Positions 30,904 through 39,719 of a DNA stretch of 54,127 nt are shown here, piece by piece. The stretch is taken from the NCBI GenBank assembly GCA_019358915.1, contig JAHHIM010000030.1, positions 1-54,127 of the forward strand, written 5' to 3'. The translations under genes were made by a program, and so were the position numbers. Every line of letters starts with the position of its first letter. Position 1 is the stretch's first letter. A model generated the notes under the pieces. It worked only from the letters and a program-made list of their open reading frames with translations. It was not told the origin of the DNA and made no database searches. Source of the DNA: Trichormus sp. ATA11-4-KO1. Lineage in GTDB: Bacteria; Cyanobacteriota; Cyanobacteriia; Cyanobacteriales; Nostocaceae.

Positions 30904-31191
30904 ATGTCAATTTACGTAGGGAACCTATCCTACAGCGTCACAGAAGACGACCTCACTAAAGTATTTTCCGATTACGGCACTGTTAAGCGAGTTCAATTAC
31001 CCACAGATAGGGAAACTGGACGCGCACGGGGTTTTGGTTTCGTAGAAATGGAATCAGAAGCCGCAGAAGATGCTGCAATTGAGGCTTTAGACGGTGCTGA
31101 ATGGATGGGTCGTGTAATGAAAGTTAATAAAGCTAGACCACGAGAGGAGAAGGGTAGCCGCTCTGGTGGTGGATACTCACGACATTATTAA
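30904..31191 (+). CDS. rbp: RRM-type RNA-binding protein (cyanobacterial Rbp family)
   Basis: SIYVGNLSY (RNP2), RGFGFVEM (RNP1), short Gly-rich tail. Confidence 0.95.
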   Translation: MSIYVGNLSYSVTEDDLTKVFSDYGTVKRVQLPTDRETGRARGFGFVEMESEAAEDAAIEALDGAEWMGRVMKVNKARPREEKGSRSGGGYSRHY

Positions 31192-31259
31192 GTCTTGAGA
31201 TGGTTCAGCCAGGCAAATGCACAAACGGCGTTTGCTGATAAACAAATATACCATAATCG

Positions 31260-31290
31260 GCAGTTTAGTGCTTCACTGAACTGCTTGTTT
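31260..31290 (+). terminator. Probable terminator after rbp
   Basis: GCAGTTTAGTG-CTT-CACTGAACTGC then TTGTTT. Confidence 0.6.
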
Positions 31291-31443
31291 GTTAGTCATT
31301 GGTCATTAGTCATTAGTTGCTTCCTCACTCCCCCATTCCCCATTCTCCATTCCCTAGAAAGATAAATGCAACTTTAGTGAAGAACAATAGATAAAATGAA
31401 CTCAGCTAGCCTTAATGTCTAATCGCCAAAACCTATATATCTC

Positions 31444-33006
31444 ATGGATTTTGCTAATCTTGCATCCCAGTTAAATGCTGGAACGATTTTGCCAGAGGGA
31501 ATTGTAATTGTTACCCTCTTAGGGGTTTTGATTGTGGATTTGATTTTGGGGCGTACATCCTCACGTTGGATTGGATATCTGGCGATCGCAGGTTTACTGG
31601 CTGCGATTGGCGCCCTGTATTTTCAATGGGATGCTGTCAATCCCATCTCCTTTACCGGTAGCTTTATTGGTGACGACCTCAGTATAGTCTTTCGCGGGAT
31701 CGTGGCTTTGTCTGCGGTTGTGACTATATTGATGTCAATTCGCTATGTTGAGCAGAGTGGTACTGCTTTAGCAGAATTCATCGCGATTTTGCTAACTGCA
31801 ACCTTGGGAGGAATGTTCTTATCCGGGGCTAGTGAGTTAGTGATGATTTTCATCTCTCTAGAAACCCTCAGTATTTCCTCTTACTTACTCACAGGTTATA
31901 CCAAACGTGACCCCCGCTCTAACGAAGCAGCGCTGAAATACCTGTTGATTGGGGCCTCCAGTACGGCAATCTTTCTATACGGTGTTTCGCTGCTGTACGG
32001 TCTATCGGGTGGACAAACCGAACTAAATGCGATCGCCAATGGCATTGCCGCAGCTAACGTTGGTCAATCCTTGGGTTTGATCATTGCTCTCATTTTCGTG
32101 ATTGCAGGTATCGGTTTTAAAATTTCTGCTGCACCCTTCCACCAGTGGACACCAGATGTTTACGAAGGCGCTCCCACCCCAGTGATTGCCTTTTTATCTG
32201 TGGGTTCCAAAGCAGCTGGATTTGCCCTCGCTATTCGCTTACTAACAACAGCCTTCCCCCTCGTTGCGGAAGAGTGGAAGTTTGTCTTCACTGCCCTGGC
32301 CGTGCTCAGTATGATATTGGGTAACGTCGTCGCCCTTGCCCAAACTAGCATGAAACGGATGCTAGCTTATTCATCCATTGCTCAAGCTGGTTTTGTGATG
32401 ATTGGCTTGATTGCTGGTACTGAGGCCGGATACGCCAGTATGGTTTTTTACCTGATGGTTTACCTGTTCATGAATTTGTGTGGTTTTACCTGCATAATTC
32501 TGTTCTCCCTGCGAACGGGAACCGATCAGATTGCTGAATACTCTGGCTTGTACCAAAAAGACCCACTCCTGACACTGGGGTTGAGTATCTCCTTGCTGTC
32601 CTTGGGTGGTATTCCCCCACTCGCTGGGTTTTTTGGCAAAATTTACTTGTTCTGGGCTGGTTGGCAAGCTGGTCTTTACTGGTTAGTTTTGCTGGGCTTA
32701 ATTACCAGTGTAGTCTCCATCTACTACTACATTCGCGTAGTCAAGATGATGGTAGTCAAGGAACCCCAAGAAATGTCCGAAGTAGTGAAGAATTATCCGC
32801 AAGTGCGTTGGGATTTGCCTGGACTTAGACCTTTACAAGTAGGCTTGGTGGTAACTTTAATTGCCACTTCCATAGCTGGTATTTTGTCAAATCCCCTGTT
32901 TACGCTGGCGAATAATTCTATCTCTCGTACCCCAATGCTTCAAGCAACAACTGTTGATAGAACTCAAGTAAGTGCAATTTCCACAGAACAAGCCAAAGAG
33001 TTGTAA
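31444..33006 (+). CDS. ndhB: NAD(P)H-quinone oxidoreductase subunit 2 (NDH-1 chain N)
   Basis: [50 protein letters not shown]. Confidence 0.97.
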   Translation: MDFANLASQLNAGTILPEGIVIVTLLGVLIVDLILGRTSSRWIGYLAIAGLLAAIGALYFQWDAVNPISFTGSFIGDDLSIVFRGIVALSAVVTILMSIRYVEQSGTALAEFIAILLTATLGGMFLSGASELVMIFISLETLSISSYLLTGYTKRDPRSNEAALKYLLIGASSTAIFLYGVSLLYGLSGGQTELNAIANGIAAANVGQSLGLIIALIFVIAGIGFKISAAPFHQWTPDVYEGAPTPVIAFLSVGSKAAGFALAIRLLTTAFPLVAEEWKFVFTALAVLSMILGNVVALAQTSMKRMLAYSSIAQAGFVMIGLIAGTEAGYASMVFYLMVYLFMNLCGFTCIILFSLRTGTDQIAEYSGLYQKDPLLTLGLSISLLSLGGIPPLAGFFGKIYLFWAGWQAGLYWLVLLGLITSVVSIYYYIRVVKMMVVKEPQEMSEVVKNYPQVRWDLPGLRPLQVGLVVTLIATSIAGILSNPLFTLANNSISRTPMLQATTVDRTQVSAISTEQAKEL

Positions 33007-33066
33007 ATTGTACTTTTTTTAGCTCATCACTGATGCCATAGGGGTGCAAGGAATTGCACCCCTACT

Positions 33067-33159
33067 CACAGGAATCTTTATTACAAATTTTGCACCTTGG
33101 CCAAAATTAGAAAAGTAACTAAGTTGTCCCCCATGCTTTTCAACGATAATCTGATAGCT
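33067..33159 (-). pseudogene. Remnant of a histidine kinase C-terminus (end of HATPase_c)
   Basis: SYQIIVEKHGGQLSYFSNFGQGAKFVIKIPV matches the ends of the two neighbouring kinases (e.g. [31 protein letters not shown]). Confidence 0.75.
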
Positions 33160-33287
33160 GACAAAATGGTTCCATTGCGATCGCGCCATCGTTTCAGGTT
33201 GCTCGCAAGCTATCTTAACCAAATACAGTGCTAGTTGAGGGGAAAACCTGGGGATGTCTGGTCTAAACTGTCCTGCTCATTATCCGT

Positions 33288-33336
33288 GTTGGGTTATACC
33301 TACAGCAGGCTACGCGAACACGTTGCTCAACCCAAC
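33288..33336. repeat. REP-like palindrome with an internal short repeat
   Basis: GTTGGGTT ... AACCCAAC enclosing CCTACAGCAGGCTACGC. Confidence 0.5.
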
Positions 33337-33397
33337 TACATTTCTTGTTAACTGAAGTGTATCGGAATATAAATATATTTATTTGTAAATTATTCTG

Positions 33398-34702
33398 CTA
33401 ACGAATGGGAATAGTGATTACAAACTCCGAACCTTGTCCTGGTGATGAATTTACTTCTAAAGTTCCCTGGTGTTTTTCTATAATAATTTGACGGACGATT
33501 GATAATCCTAAGCCAGTACCTTGACCTACAGGTTTAGTTGTGAATAAATGCTCAAAGATTTTCTGCTGAATATCTGGCGACATTCCCACCCCATTATCCT
33601 TAATCCGAATCAAAACATGATTTTGATCTTCAGTTAGCCTAGTTTGGATAGTAATTTGATTGGGATTGGCTTCAATATCGCTATAGCTAAGCCCTAGATT
33701 AGATTCCTCTAAAGCGTCAATAGCATTAGCTAAAAGATTCATAAAAACTTGATTCATTTGACCGCTAAAGCATTTGACTTCTGGCAAATCATCGTAATCT
33801 CTGATTACTTCAATATCAGGACGACCTTCTGATAATTTTAAGCGGTGTTTGAGAATCAGGATTGTACTATCAATGCCATCATGAATATTACAGGAAACTT
33901 TGCGATCACTATCTTCTCGAGAAAAGGTTCGTAAACTGGTGCTGATGTTGCGAATACGCTGAACCCCCTCTTTCATAGAGCAAATTAAGTTAGGTAAATC
34001 AGCACGCACATAATCTAGGTCTATGGCTGCAATTTTTTCTTGAATTTCTGTAATTGGTTGAGGATAATGCTGCTGATAAAGGTCAATCAAATTAATCATG
34101 TCTTGAAAATATACCGAAGCATGACCGAGATTGCCATAAATGCAACCAACTGGATTATTAATTTCATGAGCAATCCCCGCTACTAATTGACCAAGAGCAG
34201 ACATTTTTTCCCTCTGTACAAGTTGCAGTTGAGATTCTTGTAAGTCTTTTAATGCTTGGGAAAGTGCTGCTGTTCTTTCTGATACTCGTTGTTCTAAATT
34301 TTTTGTAAAATTTCGTAATTCTAAATGAGTGTGGATTCTCGCTAATACTTCCTCCTCATGAAAGGGTTTAATTATGTAGTCAACAGCCCCTAAACCTAAA
34401 CCTTTAACTTTAGTATTTGTATCAGAAATTGCCGTCATAAAAATTATAGGTATATCACGAGTCTGCACATTTTCTTTCAATTTTTCACAAGTAGTAAACC
34501 CATCTATTTTAGGCATCATTACATCTAATAAAATCAAATCAGGCAGTCTATTTTCTACCTGCTGAAGTGCCATTTCTCCATCAATAGCGGTAGCAACCTC
34601 AAAACCTGCATCAGTTAAAAGCTTATAAATGACTCCTAAATTTGTCTGAGTATCATCCACGACTAAAATTAAGCATTTTTCTGGCATGGTAGACATTTTC
34701 AT
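33398..34702 (-). CDS. Hybrid REC-histidine kinase (receiver + HisKA + HATPase_c), cytoplasmic
   Basis: [50 protein letters not shown]. Confidence 0.93.
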   Translation of the reverse strand: MKMSTMPEKCLILVVDDTQTNLGVIYKLLTDAGFEVATAIDGEMALQQVENRLPDLILLDVMMPKIDGFTTCEKLKENVQTRDIPIIFMTAISDTNTKVKGLGLGAVDYIIKPFHEEEVLARIHTHLELRNFTKNLEQRVSERTAALSQALKDLQESQLQLVQREKMSALGQLVAGIAHEINNPVGCIYGNLGHASVYFQDMINLIDLYQQHYPQPITEIQEKIAAIDLDYVRADLPNLICSMKEGVQRIRNISTSLRTFSREDSDRKVSCNIHDGIDSTILILKHRLKLSEGRPDIEVIRDYDDLPEVKCFSGQMNQVFMNLLANAIDALEESNLGLSYSDIEANPNQITIQTRLTEDQNHVLIRIKDNGVGMSPDIQQKIFEHLFTTKPVGQGTGLGLSIVRQIIIEKHQGTLEVNSSPGQGSEFVITIPIR

Positions 34703-35630
34703 TCTTTGGTTTTTAGAGATTTTATAATTAAGGCAAATAAGTTAGCATTTACTCGTTTAGAAGGTGGGGTTATACCGTATGAAGCCATAATTATCGACAC
34801 TTTATTTCAGGTTTTAGTGCGACAAGTCAGGAAAAACCCTCTGCTATTCCTCAAATAGAGGAGTTTGGACGCTAAGATTCATTTTGCGATCGCTGCCCCT
34901 TATTCATCAGTTTTCCCAAAAATGTATCGACTTTTACTATCGCTATAGAATTGCAGTTGTATAAATTCGCAGTGACACAGAGCTTTACAGAATATCTTTG
35001 TTCATTCGCTGAGTCAGAGAACTCCAAGCATCGCGCTCATTTTAATTTTTCTAGTTTGTCATCCCTAATTTAAGTAATACTAGTATATGAATAAAATTTG
35101 CTACTCATTATTGAAAATACTTTGTATGTAATTTCTACTAGATAAAAATATTGTGGTAAAAAATTTTTCAGTATATTTTATTTATTTAGTAGTAAGAGTA
35201 AGGTAAATAGCTTACTTATATAGATTTTATCAGCGTGGGATAATTACGTAAAATTACTTGATAGCCTACTTGATAAATTACATCTAGACATAAAAACAAA
35301 TTCTTAAATTTACAGAAAATTACGGATATCATTTTTCATGAAAAATTAAACAATGGTGACATAGGTTTAGTTTGGGAAATATTGATCATAATTTAAAGTT
35401 GCCATCAGTAGTAATGCAGATATAATTTGCAAACTAAAAAATTTCTAATGAAGAAATTGAACATATCTAGCCAGTCTCAGAGGATATTTCCAAACTTTTG
35501 GGCGAATATATCTGTATTGCTGAATTAATTTGCCTTAGTTGTTTATTTTAATAGTAATTAAACTTTTATAAACAGCAAGATTGATAGCAAATTTTACAAA
35601 TTTTAAGTATTGAATCAGGAGGTATTAATA

Positions 35631-36338
35631 ATGAAACAAGTTATTAAATTTATTGAAAACAAAAAGCAAGAGTTTGCTGATTTGCCGCTATTTGAGTTCA
35701 TGCGAGACAAAAGCATCGACCCCAGACAAAGACTATCTTGGGCTTCCTATGCTGCTCCTTTTATTATGAATTTTGGAGAAATGAACAAATATGTTTTCCG
35801 AGATGAACCAACCAGCGATCCTATTCAGGCAATTATTAATAAACATTCTTATGAAGATGATCATCATTGGTTGTGGTTTCTAGAAGATTTCAAACACTTG
35901 GGTATTGACCAATCATTAAAACTTAGTGAAGCATTGAGATTTCTTTGGGGTGAAGAGACAGAAATTTCTCGATGGTTAGTATATCAACTTTACAAATATA
36001 TTTTACAAGCTGATTCTCTACAAAAATTAATAGTCATTGAGGTGATTGAAGCAACTGGAAACGTTATGTTTTCAGTTGCAGCAGACATTGGCAAAGAAAT
36101 GAAGGCAATTACTCAAAAAGAATTTTTGTATTTTGCCAATTTTCATTTAAATGTAGAAACTGGACACACAACAGGTTCACCTGGAATAGAGGAATTTATC
36201 CAAGAAATTCAACTAACAGAAAAAACTCGCCAAGAAGCGTTTGAAATAGTTGAGCAGGTATTTGATGTTTTTACAAAATTTACACATGAACTTTTGGTTC
36301 ATGCAAAAAAAAGCAAAATCGAGCAAGTCAAGTATTGA
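35631..36338 (+). CDS. Heme-oxygenase-like diiron oxidase (HDO), AetD-like; start moved to ATG 35631 (235 aa)
   Basis: AGGAGG RBS at 35617-35622; all-helical; D76-x2-H79 (EDDHHW), E140, H172-x3-E176-x2-H179; recalled end-to-end resemblance to AetD. Confidence 0.75.
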   Translation: MKQVIKFIENKKQEFADLPLFEFMRDKSIDPRQRLSWASYAAPFIMNFGEMNKYVFRDEPTSDPIQAIINKHSYEDDHHWLWFLEDFKHLGIDQSLKLSEALRFLWGEETEISRWLVYQLYKYILQADSLQKLIVIEVIEATGNVMFSVAADIGKEMKAITQKEFLYFANFHLNVETGHTTGSPGIEEFIQEIQLTEKTRQEAFEIVEQVFDVFTKFTHELLVHAKKSKIEQVKY

Positions 36339-36487
36339 AAGTTAGATAAATCAAGTTCTTAATTTAGCTAATTTTCATAACTATATAGTTTTTAAATCCT
36401 TGTATTTCTAGTTGTTTGGGAATATCAGGTAGATTGACAACATATAAGTTGTTCAAACTTAATCAACAGAATTGAAAAGGTAAAACC

Positions 36488-38077
36488 ATGAACATAGTAG
36501 CAGAGTTTGAATATTTAATTATTGGCGCTGGTCCTGCTGGATTGCAGCTAGGGTATTTTCTAGAAAAATCCAATTCTAATTACTTGATATTAGAAGCAGG
36601 TAATACGCCAGGAACTTACTTTAAAGATTTTCCTAGGCATAGGAAATTAATCTCAATTAATAAGGTTTATACAGGTTATGATAACCCAGAAATTAACCTC
36701 AGATGGGATTGGAATTCTTTACTGAGTGATAGTGAGGAAATGTTGTTTAAAAATTATAGTAGAGAGTATTTTCCTTGCACAGATGAACTCGTGAGATATC
36801 TCAATGATTTTGCTACATACTTTAATCTGAAAATTCAATATAATTGCCAAGTATCCAGGATTGCTAAAAGCGACAAATTCATGGTTATAGATAGCAATGG
36901 TAACGTTTATTCGGCAGATCGTTTAATCATAGCTACAGGTTTTTCTAAACTATATATTCCCCCAATTCCTGGTATAGAGTTGGCAGAAAAATATACTGAT
37001 GTTTCCATAAATCCAGAAGACTTTGCAAATCAAAAGGTATTAATTATCGGTAAAGGTAATTCTGGGTTTGAAACTGCTGATAATATAATTGGCACAGCAG
37101 CATTGATCCATATGGTTAGTGAAACTCCCATATCTATGGCATGGAAGACTAAGTATGTAGGACATCTAAGAGCAGTTAATAATAATTTTCTAGATACTTA
37201 TCAGCTAAAGTCACAAAATGGAATTTTGGACGCTAGTGTAACTCATATAAAACGACAAAACGGCAAATTTTTAGTATCTTTCTCTTATAAACATGCTAAT
37301 GGAGAACAAGAAGATATACTTTATGACCGCATAATTTTATGTACTGGATTTCGTTTTGAAGATTCTATGTTTGACGAGTCCTGTAAACCTGAGCTAACTA
37401 TTAATAACCGCTTCCCTAATCAAACCAGTGAATGGGAGTCAACCAACGTTAAAGATTTATATTTTGCTGGAGTCCTGATGCATATGCGGGATTATAAGAA
37501 GAAGCAATCTGGTTTTATACATGGATTTCGCTATAATATTCGAGCATTGCACAGCTTCTTAAAGCTTAAATACGATAATCAAGAGTTACCTTATGAGTCA
37601 ATTGCTCCCACTCCTGAAAGTTTAACAGAGACAATCTTCAAGCGGGTTAATATTAGTTCAGGATTATGGCAGCAAACAGGTTTTCTCTGTGACTTAATCG
37701 TTATCTCAGATGTCGAACAAGTAGCACGATACTATCAAGAACTACCTGTAGACTACATACATGACAGTAATAGTGACATTGACCACTACTACACAGTTTC
37801 TTTAGAATTTGGATATGAGGTTGAGAAAATGCCAGATCCTTTTGCCATCAACCGCGTCCATAAAGATGATACTAACAATGCTTCGCAAAGTGCTTTTATT
37901 CATCCCATCATTCGCCATTTCTCCGGTAACACACTGATTGCAGAACATCATGTCATTGAAGATTTAGCTGCTGAATGGGTAGAAGATGTCCACATTCAGC
38001 CATTACTGGAGTTTTTGCAAAATCAGCTATCAAGCAAAGTATCTCTGCCGAGATTAGCCTCATCAACTCCCCACTAA
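36488..38077 (+). CDS. FAD/NAD(P)-dependent oxidoreductase, FOXRED2-like
   Basis: GAGPAG and GKGNSG Rossmann motifs, IATG and LCTGF; FPRHRKLISINK and LRWDWNSLL recalled as a FOXRED2-family signature. Confidence 0.8.
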   Translation: MNIVAEFEYLIIGAGPAGLQLGYFLEKSNSNYLILEAGNTPGTYFKDFPRHRKLISINKVYTGYDNPEINLRWDWNSLLSDSEEMLFKNYSREYFPCTDELVRYLNDFATYFNLKIQYNCQVSRIAKSDKFMVIDSNGNVYSADRLIIATGFSKLYIPPIPGIELAEKYTDVSINPEDFANQKVLIIGKGNSGFETADNIIGTAALIHMVSETPISMAWKTKYVGHLRAVNNNFLDTYQLKSQNGILDASVTHIKRQNGKFLVSFSYKHANGEQEDILYDRIILCTGFRFEDSMFDESCKPELTINNRFPNQTSEWESTNVKDLYFAGVLMHMRDYKKKQSGFIHGFRYNIRALHSFLKLKYDNQELPYESIAPTPESLTETIFKRVNISSGLWQQTGFLCDLIVISDVEQVARYYQELPVDYIHDSNSDIDHYYTVSLEFGYEVEKMPDPFAINRVHKDDTNNASQSAFIHPIIRHFSGNTLIAEHHVIEDLAAEWVEDVHIQPLLEFLQNQLSSKVSLPRLASSTPH

Positions 38078-38083
38078 ATAGAT

Positions 38084-39628
38084 ATGGCAATTCAGCATAT
38101 TTGCATTATTGGTGCGGGGATTAGTGGTCTAGTCACAGCTAAGACATTTATTGAAGAAGGCTACGAAGTCACCGTGTTCGAGAAACAGAAAGGACTCGGT
38201 GGCGTGTGGGAAGGTTCTCGGACTTACGTAGGGTTAACCACCCAGAACCCTCGCGACACGTATGCTTTCTCCGATTATCCCATGCCTGCATCTTATCCAG
38301 AGTGGCCTACAGCTGAGCAGATGCGGAATTACTTGGAGTCTTATGCACAGCACTTTGGCATTGTCGAAAAGATTCGATTTCAAGCAGAAGTTACTCAACT
38401 AAAAAGAAAAACTGGGATACAACCAGGATGGATAGTTGGCGTTAAATCACAGGAAAATTGCCACAGTAAGACAAAACATGAGCAACACGAGTTTGATTTT
38501 GTTCTTGTGTGCAATGGTCTGTTTAATCTCCCCAAAACGCCTTTATTACCTGGTAAGGAGGATTTTATTGCATCTGGGGGTAAGGTGCTACATTCCACCG
38601 AGTTTAATGATAGTTCCCTACTAAAAGATCAGCGGATAATTGTTGTAGGCTTTGGCAGGTCTGCAACTGACATAGCTAACTATGTTGTCCCTCTAGTCAA
38701 AGAATGCACTCTTGTTTTTCGTCACACCTTGTGGAAATTTCCGAAATTTTTCCTGGGTTTGGTCAATCTGAAGTATGTTCTTTTAACCCGCTTTGCAGAG
38801 GCTTGGTTGCCTTACCGTCAACTGCGAGGGATGGAGTGGGTACTACATACTTTAGGAAAACCCTTAGTGTGGGCTTTCTGGAAGACAAATGAAATTCTCC
38901 TGCGATTACAGTTCGGTCTTGATGCTTGTGGGATGTTGCCTGATAAACCCCTGTATAAATCGGTAAACTGTTCTAGCGCGATCGCTGCCACAAGTTTTTA
39001 TAAGTACTTGTCCTCTGGCAAACTCAAGGCCAAAAAAACAGCGATCGCTCGGTTTGTCACCAATGGAGTAGAACTAGACAATGGTGAGCAGTTGCACGCA
39101 GACATAGTTATTTTTGGGACAGGATTTCGCCAGGATGTCCCCTTTCTCGAAGAAAAGTATCGTCAAATGCTGATCGATGACCAAGGCTATTTCCACCTAT
39201 ATCGCAATCTGATTCACCCTGATATTCCGGAAATAGGCTTTGTAGGCTATAACTCTAGTTTCTTTTGCCAATTAACCTCTGAGGTGGGAGCATGGTGGCT
39301 AGCAGAGTATGTCAAAGGTAATTTGGTTTTACCCTCACACACCGAAATGATCCAGGATATGGATGCGGAGTTCCACTGGCGGCAGACTAAGTTGCCGCCA
39401 GGTGGAGGTAGTGGGGGATGTATATCTCCATTTAACTTTCATCACCTCGAACAACTGATGCAAGATATGGGAGTGAGGCATCACCAGAAAGGCTGGCAGC
39501 GAGTTGCAGAAGTAATGATGCCAGTCAATCCATCCGCCTATAAACACATCCGACAACAATTGCGAGGAAAAAGGCTTCCATCTGCAAATAATTCTGAGAC
39601 AGTTAAAAGTTTAAAAGTAAATTACTAA
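38084..39628 (+). CDS. Flavin-containing monooxygenase (class B, FMO-like)
   Basis: GAGISG, FEK..LGGVW, GKVLHSTEF (FMO-type HS motif), GFGRSA, IFGTGF. Confidence 0.9.
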   Translation: MAIQHICIIGAGISGLVTAKTFIEEGYEVTVFEKQKGLGGVWEGSRTYVGLTTQNPRDTYAFSDYPMPASYPEWPTAEQMRNYLESYAQHFGIVEKIRFQAEVTQLKRKTGIQPGWIVGVKSQENCHSKTKHEQHEFDFVLVCNGLFNLPKTPLLPGKEDFIASGGKVLHSTEFNDSSLLKDQRIIVVGFGRSATDIANYVVPLVKECTLVFRHTLWKFPKFFLGLVNLKYVLLTRFAEAWLPYRQLRGMEWVLHTLGKPLVWAFWKTNEILLRLQFGLDACGMLPDKPLYKSVNCSSAIAATSFYKYLSSGKLKAKKTAIARFVTNGVELDNGEQLHADIVIFGTGFRQDVPFLEEKYRQMLIDDQGYFHLYRNLIHPDIPEIGFVGYNSSFFCQLTSEVGAWWLAEYVKGNLVLPSHTEMIQDMDAEFHWRQTKLPPGGGSGGCISPFNFHHLEQLMQDMGVRHHQKGWQRVAEVMMPVNPSAYKHIRQQLRGKRLPSANNSETVKSLKVNY

Positions 39629-39685
39629 TTGAGCAGGAGATGATTGCAGTTACACTCATCTCTTTAATCTATAACTTTCTCATTG

Positions 39686-39715
39686 AGCAACCGCATTTCA
39701 CGGTTGCTTATTTTC
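39686..39715. terminator. Probable (bidirectional) terminator between the oxidase operon and the giant kinase
   Basis: AGCAACCG-7 nt-CGGTTGCT between convergent genes. Confidence 0.6.
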
Positions 39716-39719
39716 ATAA

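Noticed and set aside
30725..30919. 64-aa ORF upstream of rbp
   Set aside because: It covers the rbp promoter and 5' UTR and has no recognisable motif.
35631..39628. Aetokthonotoxin (aet) cluster
   Set aside because: Only an AetD-like gene is recognisable. There is no P450 or tryptophanase, and the flavoproteins do not resemble AetF/AetA as I recall them.
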